DNA of 64,000 nucleotides from Naegleria gruberi (lineage: Eukaryota). Position 1 is the first letter of the stretch; each line of letters begins with the position of its first letter. The stretch lies in the NCBI GenBank assembly GCA_000004985.1, contig GG738850.1; one strand, given 5' to 3'. Both the position numbers and the translations under genes were made by a program. Below, piece by piece: positions 53,879 to 64,000 of the stretch. The notes under the pieces were generated by a model. The model saw nothing but the letters and a program-made list of their open reading frames with translations, was not told where the DNA came from and made no database searches.

Positions 53879-56800
53879 ATGTTTGGCAAGTGGTTCGGAA
53901 GTAAGAATAAAGCAGCTGATGATGATTTATCACAAGTTTCAGCCAACACAAATAATGATGCCTTGACTACAACGACATCATCCATTAGCACCATTCCAAA
54001 ATGTTTACACAATTTGAAATTGGACGATTTTGTGGGTGTGAGAATGTTGGGAGAAACCTATTCTGATAAGGCCTCTACATTATTACCACTCGTTTCACAA
54101 CGTTTGCAATGTCATGTGACCTATCCAATTGTTCAGGTTGTTTCGACCATGACTTTCCGTAATCAAAATCAAAAGTGTGTAGAGGGTGAGTTGCTATTGC
54201 CAATGCCAGAGGGTGCAACCTTAATTGGTTATGCTATGGAAGTTGATGGTTCTTTAATTGATGCTGTCCCAGTTCAAAAAGAAAAGGCAAAACAAGTTTT
54301 TGAAGAAGAAGTGAGATCGGGAAGAAAAGTTGCCATGGTAGAGAAGGTAGCCCAATCCAATTCATTCAAAACTCGTCTCTATCCATTGCCATATAATACT
54401 GACAAGACTGTTCAAGTTAAATATCAAATGATTTTGAACGAAACTGTACAAAAGAATAATAATTCTCAAAGTGGAAAAATTAATGGAACTGCTTGGGTAC
54501 CGCTCTCCTTTATAGATTTTGCTGCATTGAGAGATGATACAAAGATTGAATTTACTCTCAATCAAACTTCATTGCAAGGGTTTGAAACTCAAGTTCTCAT
54601 GAGTGTTGCTGGAGGTTCCTCTGGTGTGGAAGATCAATTATTATGGACAAGCAAGAATGCTAGTGCAAGAACTGGTTATTTTGAACTCAAAAAGTCAGAT
54701 CTCAAAGATTCCATGACAGGTTTCAAATTGCAAGTCACAAAGCAATCCGAAGATGTTAGAGATATGTTGCTTGCTTCTGAGAATGGTTACTTTATGGCAT
54801 CTATTCCTGTTCCTCAACTAAGTGATGAATTGAGAAATAAGAGCCGTATTGGAAACAAGGTTCAAATTATTTGGGATTGTTCAAATAGTTCAAAGAATAG
54901 TCATGAAAAGAACCTTAAGAACTTAAAGTTCATCTTGGAAGGAATTGCACCATCTTCTATCTATTTCACCTCATTCAGCTCCGATATCATTGAATCAACT
55001 GAATTTAAATCAGTATCTGATGCTTTGAAGCACGTGGGTGGAGTGTTTTACGATGGTGGTTCAAATATGCTCCTCCTTGATAAGGGTGTTATCAACAAAT
55101 CAGCTGATTATTGTATTGCATTCACTGATGGTGTTCATACCTTTGGTTTTGAAATTAGTCCATTGGCTAACTTTGAAAAACCAATTTACTTTATCACCTC
55201 TGGCTCGGTTATCAATTCACATTTATTGAAGCACATTGCAACAAAGAGTGGTGGTGTCTATCTCAATGCAAATGAACTCTCTGAAACCGAACTATTGAAG
55301 GCTATTGGCAAACCTGTTCTTTCTTTTGCAGTTGCTGATTTTGAAGATTCTGATATGGAGGAGGTTTATCCAAACGAACCAGTTAGTCTTACTGAAGGAG
55401 GTGTGTTCAAATTATTTGGTAAATTCAAGAATAGTGGAAAGGAGAGTGTTAAAGTTGCTGTTTCATTTAGATATGGATCTTCCGTATACCATGTTCAAGA
55501 ATTGGACTTACCGGTCAACTTGGAACAATGCGAAGCTGCTATTTTACCATTATTGTGGGCTCAACAAAAGATTGATTCACTCTCCACATTCCCTCACTTA
55601 TTCAAAGATGAAATTAGTAGACTTGGACAAGAATTCAGAATTGTAACAGATGATACTACACTTTTAGTATTGGAAACTTTGGATCAATACTTGAAGCACA
55701 ATATTACTCCACCAGCTTCCCTTTCCAATGTATTCAAACAATATACTGAAACAAAGAAGAATGAGCAAGAAAGTGAAGAACGAAGAGAAAAGGAAAAGAT
55801 TGAAAGAATTGTCACTATGTGGCAAGAAAGAGTAAATTGGCATAACCGTGATTTCCAATCTGTGACAAAAGATCAGAAAATTTATCATGATGCTTCAGGC
55901 GACAACGATGATGAAGAAGAGTGTGAATGTGATGACTTTGATGGTGGGGTACCAGAAATGGAATGTTGCCCTAGTGAAACCCTTTGTTGCCAATCAGCAG
56001 TACAAGAGGATTGTTTAATGTTGGACAGAGAAGAATGCAAAGAGAAGTGTTCTGAAGAAAGGGAGGAGAAATCAGACAAGAAACCTAAAAAGAAAAAAAA
56101 GGAAGGTTCCTCCAAGCAATCAAAAGGAGTTTCTGGATCCATCAATATTAAGCCTTGGAGTCCAGATGCCTCATACTGCAAAGCCATCTCAACAGCCAGT
56201 GATCCTTACAAGGAATATTTGAAACAAAGAGAAAGCTATACTGACTCACCTGCCTTCTACCTTGATGTTGCTGACTATTTCCTTTCAAGCTTGAAAAATT
56301 CACAACTTGGTGTCAGAGTTTTATCCAACATTGCAGAATTAGAATTGGAAAATATTCAATTGTACCGTATTGTTGGATATCGTTTAGATCAAGCTGATGC
56401 TCTTGAATTAGCTGAATGGGTGTTTGAGAGGGTAAAATCACTTGCTCCTTACGAACCTCAATCTTACAGAGATTTGGCTCTTGTTAAGGAAAGACTTGGA
56501 AAATATGAAGAAGCCATGCACTTATTCAATAAGGTTATTACAGGAAAGTGGGATATGCGTTTTGATGAAATTGAAATGACTGTTGCTACTGAGATGAACC
56601 ATCTCTTAATCAACGATCCAAACCTTCCAATTATTGACAAACGTTTCATTCATAACTTTGAATTGGATATTCGTATTTCAATGGCATGGGATGTCAATGA
56701 CACTGATTTGGATTTACACGTTCAAGAACCAGCTGATAAAGGTGGTGAACATGCCTATTTCGGACACAATAGAACAAAAATTGGAGGTTATGGTAAGTAT

Positions 56801-57084
56801 TCAAAGTAATATTTGTAAATTAATTTTTTATCAAATTAGTGAGTAGAGATTTCAGACAAGGATACGGACCTGAAGAATACATGATTAAGAAAGCTCCAAA
56901 AGGTCAATATAGAGCTACCACCAACTATTACAGTAGTCATACACAGACACTAACCGGAGGCACAACAGTTTTATGCACCTTTTTCACTAACTACATGAGA
57001 CCAAATGAACAAAGACAAATGTCAACCATTAGATTAGCCACCCACAGATCCGATGTAGTTGTTTGTGATATTCAAATTGATTAA
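53879..57084 (+). CDS. VIT - vWA-like - DUF2135-type C-terminal domain protein (vault/inter-alpha-trypsin family architecture), 2 exons
   Basis: VIT-domain-like N-terminus (LQCHVTYPIVQVVSTMTFRNQNQKCVEGELLLPMPEGATLIGYAMEVDGSLIDAVPVQKEKAKQVFEEE ... FKTRLYPLPYNTDKTVQVKYQ). The C-terminal WDVNDTDLDLHVQEPADKGGEHAYFGHNRTKIGG | VSRDFRQGYGPEEYMIKKAPKGQYRATTNYYSSH matches the DUF2135 pattern (TDLDLHV.EP.G...Y..N..T..GG ... GYGPEEY ... G.Y...VNYY). Intron 56793..56839 (GTAAGT..ATTAG, 47 nt) joins ORFs 53879..56809 and 56839..57084. Confidence 0.65.
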
Positions 57085-57307
57085 ATCCAAATTCTAATTA
57101 TCTTCCAATTATAAAATTATTGAACTCCCATCAAATTGACCTTCAATTTCATTCCTCTCTACTATCAATATACATTCGATCACAAGAAACCATTCAACTC
57201 TCTGCTTATTCCCTCCATTATCTTTAGCACAAAACAAACACAACTTGTTTCATCAAAACTCCGAAATCTTTTCGGGTCACAACTTAAAATCTTTTGAACA
57301 CAAAAAA

Positions 57308-58308
57308 ATGGCCAAAATTAACAAGGTGGTGTGTGCCAACGTTTGTCTATCGATTGTTTGTGTGTTGGGCATTATGGGAGCAATCGCATTGGCTGCGCTC
57401 TCGATTGTGGATGCTCTTGATTCGGATTTGAGTAAACTTGGCGTTGCTTTCCCAGATGGTTTTTGCAAAGATACTCGTATGTATTTTAATAATATTGATG
57501 GAATATAATTGATTGAATGATAATATCATGTTATTGATAATGAATGTTGAACAATGATGACAATGATCGTGATTGATCAAATAATTAATTATTATTTAAA
57601 TATGTGTGGATGATTGTGTGGATAATGATCGGAATAGACCTGAGTGAACGTCGTCCATTTTCAATGACTTATAAAGTTGTAGATGGTGTTAATCACACTG
57701 CTACTACCTACAAGATTTGTGCTGATATGCTTCCAGGACATCTTGAAGGATACAATGGCACCTTCTGTCTCTATCCACCAATTCCAAGAGATGCCGAAGG
57801 TAACCCTGTTCTCTCAGATATGAACTTTCATTGTGGATTTGATTTGGCAGTAATGTTTGAAAGATTTGGTTTTGCTGCTGGGTTTGCTCTTGGAAGTCTT
57901 TTTATTTTACTTTGGATTGTTCTCACTAGAAAGAATATTGAAAAGAATTCAGTTAAATGGGTTGGAAGAGTTTTTGGAGGTATTCACACCGTTTGGACTA
58001 TTTTGAGTGTTGCAGCTGGATTTTACTTGATGATAAGAGATGCTCATCGTGTCCAACAAAGTAATGAATATTGTGAAACATTTAGACAAACTTATTGTAA
58101 CCCTGTTGGATTTGGTGATCCAATTGTTGGTTGTACTTGTAACAATTTGAACTATGTTGGTATGCCATTGTTGGAAGCTATTTTGATTGTAATTTATACA
58201 TTCTCTGTCATTTCAACTATTTTCAGATGGTTTGCTGATTATAGAGCTGCCAAAGAAGGATATACTGATTTGGATGCAGCTGTGGCTGATTTGACCAGAA
58301 ATCAATAA
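57308..58308 (+). CDS. Hypothetical four-TM membrane protein with Cys-rich extracellular loops, 2 exons
   Basis: Exon 1 is 57308..57476 (MAKINKVVCANVCLSIVCVLGIMGAIALAALSIV...FCKDT). Intron 57477..57637 (GTATGT..AATAG). Exon 2 is 57638..58308. Four hydrophobic helices with loops containing CADM...FCLYPP...FHCGFD and CETFRQTYCNPVGFGDPIVGCTCNNL. Confidence 0.45.
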
Positions 58309-58484
58309 TTATTTCTTTAAAAGATTACAATTTTGTTAATTTATTCAATACTATAAATATATCTAAATTATTATGTTTGTTTGAACTTATTTCGTAATAT
58401 CTCAATATCATTTGAAAATATTTTTCGTTTCCTTTACAATTTTTTTTTAATTTATAATTTAAATATTTTTTACAATTAAAATAA

Positions 58485-59975
58485 TTATTCTTCCCATTTG
58501 GCGTGGAAAGCACCCTTCATGTCAGTTCGTTCATAAGTGTGAGCACCAAAGAAATCACGTTGAGCTTGAATCAAATTGGCTGGCAAACGTCCTCTTCTGT
58601 AAGAGTCATAATATGCCAAACTTGAAGAAAGGGCAGGAGTTGGAATACCAGCTGAAATGGCCATTTGGATGATCTTTCTCCATGCAGCTTGTCTTTCAGC
58701 AATTTCCTTATTAAAATCTGGGTCCAAGAACAAACTTGGCAAGTTTGGATTGAGATCATAGGCATTCTTAATACGATCAAGGAAAACAGCTCTAATGATA
58801 CAACCACCCTTCCAGATACGAGCAATTTCACCGAGCTTCAAATTCCATCCATATTGCTTGGAAGCTTCAGCAATCAAATTCATACCTTGAGTATAAGAAC
58901 AAATCTTTGAACAGTAGAGAGCATTCTTCAATTGTTGAACAAAGACCTTCTTGTCAACAGTTTCAGTCAAATCGTTTGGAGTTGGACCAGTCAATTGAGA
59001 TTCAGCACTCAATCTTTCATCTCTCAATGATGAAATATAACGAGAGTCAAGAGCAGAAGCCATAGTTGGGATAGCAATTCCTCTTTCAGCACCTTCTTGA
59101 ACAGTCCATTTACCAGTACCCTTACTACCACTCTTATCTACAATCTTATCAACGAGGTGACCTTCACCCAAATCGTCCTTCTTCTTGAAAATCTTGCTTG
59201 TAATTTCAATAAGATAACTCTTCAATTCAGAATTATTCCATTCAGTGAAAGTTTCAGCAATTTCTTCATTTGTCAATTTACCAACACTCTTCATCATGTC
59301 ATAAACTTCAGCAATAAGTTGCATATCTCCGTATTCAATACCATTGTGGACCATCTTGACATAATTACCTGATCCTCTTTCACCAATATATGTGACACAA
59401 GGTGGTTCATTCACGAGTGGAGCAGCAATCTTTTCCAAAATATGTTTGATTTGATCATAAGCTTCAATTGGACCACCTGGCATCAATGATGGACCATGTC
59501 TAGCACCTTCTTCACCACCACTAACACCCATACCCATGTATAATAATCCGAGCTCAACAGCCTTCTTGGCACGCTTTTCAGTATTCAAGAACCATTCGTT
59601 ACCACCATCAATAATAATGTCACCCTTTTCCAAAAGTGGTGACAAGAGTTCAATAGTTGAGTCAACTGGGTTACCAGCTTGAACAAGCATAATAACCTTA
59701 CGTGGCTTGGAGAGACTGTTTACGAATTCTTGCATGGTTTTGAATCCAGCAAGTTGATAAGAACCCTTTCCTTCGTCTTCTGCTCTTTTAACCTAAACAC
59801 AATTTAAATAATAGAATAGAAAAATTCAATCAATTAAAAAACAATAAACACATACTGTGTGTTCAGTCTTTTCATAACTTCTATTGTAGACTGAAATTTT
59901 AAAACCCTTATCAGCAATATTCAAAGCCAAATTTTGACCCATAACAGCCAATCCGATCAATCCGATATCTGCCAT
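58485..59975 (-). CDS. gnd: 6-phosphogluconate dehydrogenase, decarboxylating (oxidative pentose-phosphate pathway), 2 exons
   Basis: Exon 1 is 59975..59856 ([43 protein letters not shown](P)-binding GxAxxG). Intron 59793..59855 (GTATGT..GTTTAG, 63 nt). Exon 2 is 59792..58485, with classical 6PGD motifs ([51 protein letters not shown]). Confidence 0.9.
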
Positions 59976-61204
59976 CTTGTTTCTATTATCATTTTCAATA
60001 CATTCCGATCCATTATTTAAAATAGATTACAGTAATAAATTATTTTTCAAATTCTATCAATTTTATCATCATAACAACATACAATATTCTCTATCTATTT
60101 TTTTCTGTTGTTTTTTAAGAAGCTTAAAATTGGTGGAGACTTGCGCCTGAGAATGAAAATTTTGGACAGAACCCATTTGGAAGAAGTCTCAAAAAAGGAT
60201 AGGAAAGCGCAGGAAGCTTTAATAATAAATATTACTTCCTTAGTTGCGACTTTAATTTCTCAATCTTTGCAACAAGCAATGAATTGAGAAGCAGAAGTCA
60301 TTGCAAAGCTCATGGTTAAAATCTTCAATAGCCGATATTTGATTTGAACGATCAGAGGTAATGTTCTGTATTGCAACAATACATTCGCCACAATTAAAAG
60401 CCTTATGCGTGCGTACCTATGAGTTTCTCCATTGTCCACTCTCTTTAAGCTTCATGGCGTAGGAACAAATAAGAGGAGTTTATATAATTATGCTCGCAGT
60501 GAGGGCGAATTATGTTTGATGTACATCCTTTGCTCATCGAATCATTTTTTGATCATTCACTCCATTGGGAGATGGTCAACCACATCTAACATGTCCAATT
60601 CATTTATTTAGTCCTTCTTCTTTTAAAATCAATCAAGAAAAAACAACTCAATACATTGAGAGAGTTTACTATTATCAATATCCAAAAGTTTGCCCTCTGT
60701 TTCTTTCAAAGTAAAAAGAACAGAGCCCTCCAAAGAGAACAATTCACCTGATCAATTTTATCTATATTCCCAACGCGTAAGCAGTACCCACCTGAATATG
60801 GTTCTTTCAACAAAACAATCCGAGCGTGGCAAAGAAATTAAATTCAAAGAAGAAGAAAATAATTATACAACAATGGTCTTTCCAAAGAATGTGGATAAAT
60901 CCGACAATATGACGTAGGTTTTTTTCTTCGAGATATATGTATTGAAACTTATTGTATTTGCGAATTATGATTGGTTGACAATCAATCTGATATGATGATC
61001 AATGTTATTATTCAATGTTATTATTGATGTTACTCCTTCCATAATAATACTCTGTGATTGCAACAATATTATTCATTATTGAATCAATTAATCTATTACA
61101 CGTGTTACTATTTTTGCAACAATATATATTGAATAATACCATAAATTACTACAAATATTAATATTGATATAACAATCAATTATTATTTAAATACTTTATT
61201 ACTA

Positions 61205-62912
61205 ATGATATTAAATAGTATTGTCATTCTCGGAGCCAGTGGAGATTTGGCTAAGAGAAAACTCTTCCCTGCCTTGTTTACAATTTTCAAAGAAGGATTT
61301 CTCGGAAGTGCTTGGAGAGTTATTGGTTATGCCAGATCTAACTTGACAAAACAAGAATTAATTGATACACACTTATTACCATTCCTTAAGAAACACGATA
61401 AGAAAGATTTGGATGCCTTCTTTGAACATGTTTTTTATCAAGCAGGTCAATATGACAAGGAAGAAGATTTCCAAGCTCTTAACAAATTGATGGAACAATG
61501 CGAAATTGAAGGTGAAAAGATTTTGGAAGCTGAACACAAATCTCAATTGGAACACAAGTGTTTGACCGATGATGAAGTGTTTGATGACTGTAAATCTCCA
61601 ACTGCTCCATTCAAACCACGTCGTCACAGATTCTTCTACTTATCTTTACCTCCAAATGTTTTCCTTAGCTCTGCATCAATGCTCGGAAGAACTTGTAAAT
61701 CTCAAACTGGATATAATAGAATTGTTATTGAAAAGCCATTCGGTAGAGATTTGATCACTTTCAAGAAACTTTCAAATGGTTTATCTAAAGTTTTTGGAAA
61801 GGATGAAATTTACAGAATTGACCACTATATCGGAAAGGAAGTTGTTCAAAACTTGCTTGTTCTCAGATTTGCTAACGTAATTTTGGAACCATTGTGGAAT
61901 AGAAACACAATTAAGAGTGTTCAAATCATTTTCAAGGAAGAATTGGGAGTTGAAGGAAGAGGTGGCTATGTAAGTACTTAATCATATTGTGTGGAAATTT
62001 ATTCATTTCAAATACAGTTCGATAGTTATGGTATCATCAGAGATGTTGCTCAAAACCACTTGCTCCAAATTTTGGCTCTCATTGCTATGGAACCACCAGT
62101 TACATTGAGCCCAACTGATATCAGAAATGAAAAGATTAAAGTACTCAAATCAATTGAACCTGTCAAGATGGAAGATATCGTAGTTGGTCAATACAAAGGA
62201 AAGGTAATTAATGGTGAAAAGGTTCTCGGTTACAGAGAAGATCCAAGTGTTGCCGATGATTCTATCACACCAACCTATGCTGCCTGTGTCCTTAAAGTTA
62301 AGAATAGAAGATGGGATGGTGTTCCATTCTTCCTTGAATCAGGTAAAGCTCTTGATGAAAGACTTGCTGAAATCAGAATTACCTTCAATGAAGTTCCAGC
62401 CAACTTGTAAGTTAATCTACTTTTTATTCAGCAATATTAACACAGATATAGATATACACATGCTGTAGTTAGTCCAAATGAATTGGTTATCAGAATTCAA
62501 CCAAATGAAGCTATCTACTTTAACATTGTAAATAAGGTTCCAGGTTTGGGTGAAAAACTCTCTGAATCTCAACTTAACTTTACTTATAAGACATTGTATG
62601 ATGCCAAGAAGATTCCAGATGCTTACGAACGTCTCATCCTCAATATGGTTCAAGGAGATGAATCTAATTTCTTATCAGAGGATGAACTCAAGTATTGTTG
62701 GCAAATCTTTGATCCAATTCTCCATGAATTGCAAGAAAAGCTTGTTCAACCAGAGGTATGTATTTTGTAATGTATTTGATTGTCTCAAATCGAAATTATA
62801 GCCATATCCATTTGCCAGTGCTGGCCCAACAGCAGTTCATTATTTGAGAGCTCGTTATGGTTTAGTAGCAAGCAAAAATGTGAGTGTTCTTACTCGCTAT
62901 TCTAATCTTTAA
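61205..62912 (+). CDS. zwf: Glucose-6-phosphate 1-dehydrogenase (oxidative pentose-phosphate pathway), at least 4 exons
   Basis: Exons 61205..61969, 62018..62406, 62473..62755 and 62802..62912, with introns of 48, 66 and 46 nt (GTAAGT..ACAG, GTAAGT..TTAG, GTATGT..TATAG). Motifs GASGDLAKRK (NADP binding), RIDHYIGKE (active-site RIDHYLGKE), NVILEPLWNR, YGIIRDVAQNHLLQ. The 3' end is uncertain: a further 66-nt intron (62880..62944) would make the stop 62959 instead of 62912. Confidence 0.85.
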
Positions 62913-62978
62913 CACATTTATTTACAATGATTTTTAATTAATAGGATTCTGATTTGTAAAAATTGTAAAATTACACAT

Positions 62979-63944
62979 TTATATGACATTGAGAGCTTTC
63001 AGATTTTTGAATTTGGCTATCTTTGAAATAACCTTCGTTAGAAACATGCATTCCAAATCATCCTTATTATTTCCTTTCATTATTGTAATGATATTTTCAG
63101 TTTCCCTCATTAGAATATCCACTACTTGTGGTTGGTAATTTTCGAATATTATTGTCACCAAGTTATCATAAATTTTCAGAATATAAAATGGTTTTCCATT
63201 ATACAATTCCTTAACAAATGTCAATCTGTCTTTTAAATGTTTGAATACTTGTTCTAGGAGTGCGCTTGTAACATTCTCAAATAATTTCAATCTGTTGGCA
63301 ATGTACATTAGTCTTCCAAATACTAGCTCACTCATTTTCCATTCATAAGCAATCTTATTGTCCTCATAAATTGAAGTGTTGAATACGCTCATCAAACTGG
63401 CAAAGCAATTCTTCCAAATTTCATCACTTCTCTTCTCAATATTCTTCTCCATGAGTGATGCAACAATTTCTATAATTCTCTTACAAAGCTCCTCATCCTC
63501 ATTAAATCTATCTGAAACAAATCCCATCACTTGTTCCAAATGATTAGAAATACAATTCAGTGAGTAAGCATCCGAAAAAGCCTTCGAGTCTGACATTTCT
63601 AAAACTCTTTCCAAAAACTTGACGCTTTTAATAATATGCAATGGTTTTTCAAAGCCTTGATCATCAATTCTCCACATTGTCTTTTGATGTCTTCTCTCTT
63701 CAATAACTAATCTTTCCTCCTCAAACAATTTAAGATTATCGGAATCACAATAGTCCAATCCATGCATTTCTTCCACCATTGCTTCTCTCTTCTCTCCACT
63801 CTCAATTTCATATTCAATATAAATCACTTCTTCCTTCTTATCTTGCTCATGATTTGCATCGAGAATTTGTTGCCCCAAAATAATGAAAGAGTTTAGTTCC
63901 ATTTTTTTATTTAGAGACTGTCTGAGTGAAATTTTGTATTCCAA
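62979..63944 (-). CDS. Hypothetical protein (no recognisable domain)
   Basis: 321-aa ORF, acidic N-terminal region, no motif recognised. Confidence 0.35.
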   Translation of the reverse strand: MEYKISLRQSLNKKMELNSFIILGQQILDANHEQDKKEEVIYIEYEIESGEKREAMVEEMHGLDYCDSDNLKLFEEERLVIEERRHQKTMWRIDDQGFEKPLHIIKSVKFLERVLEMSDSKAFSDAYSLNCISNHLEQVMGFVSDRFNEDEELCKRIIEIVASLMEKNIEKRSDEIWKNCFASLMSVFNTSIYEDNKIAYEWKMSELVFGRLMYIANRLKLFENVTSALLEQVFKHLKDRLTFVKELYNGKPFYILKIYDNLVTIIFENYQPQVVDILMRETENIITIMKGNNKDDLECMFLTKVISKIAKFKNLKALNVI

Positions 63945-64000
63945 GATAATGCTGCCTTATTGCAACACTGAAAAGGATTTCAATTCTGTTTGAAGCCTTC

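Overview
This is AT-rich (roughly one-third GC) nuclear DNA from a unicellular eukaryote, not a prokaryote. Genes are closely spaced on both strands and mostly intronless or interrupted by short GT..AG introns of about 44-160 nt. There are Pol III genes (three tRNAs, two of them with anticodon-loop introns, and a 5S rRNA) and one 50-N assembly gap. The codon usage (TTG, AGA, GGT and CCA favoured) is yeast-like, but the gene content is protist or animal-like: ionotropic glutamate receptor, Na/K-type P-type ATPase, cathepsin L, LMBD1, a nucleotidyl cyclase and a receptor kinase with Chlamydia-PMP-type repeats. A heterolobosean or amoebozoan origin such as Naegleria is plausible but unproven. I call about 35 protein-coding genes, splicing several by eye, including adjacent divergently transcribed 6-phosphogluconate dehydrogenase and glucose-6-phosphate dehydrogenase. 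I found no prokaryote-style defence island. The most unusual items are: an inverted duplication of intron-containing tRNA-Cys genes flanking a small gene; a dispersed 5S rRNA gene plus a separate 33-nt 5S 5' fragment; a MITE-like element with terminal inverted repeats; a cyclase gene with a frame disruption; and a DUF4116-repeat protein ending in a ubiquitin-like domain with a C-terminal GG. The unusual domain fusions are an F-box/beta-propeller/prolyl-4-hydroxylase protein, a 2TM-HAMP-like nucleotidyl cyclase and a VIT-vWA protein with a bacterial-type DUF2135 tail. The ORF track evidently accepts TTG and GTG as starts, and several hand-derived splice sites can be off by 1-2 nt.
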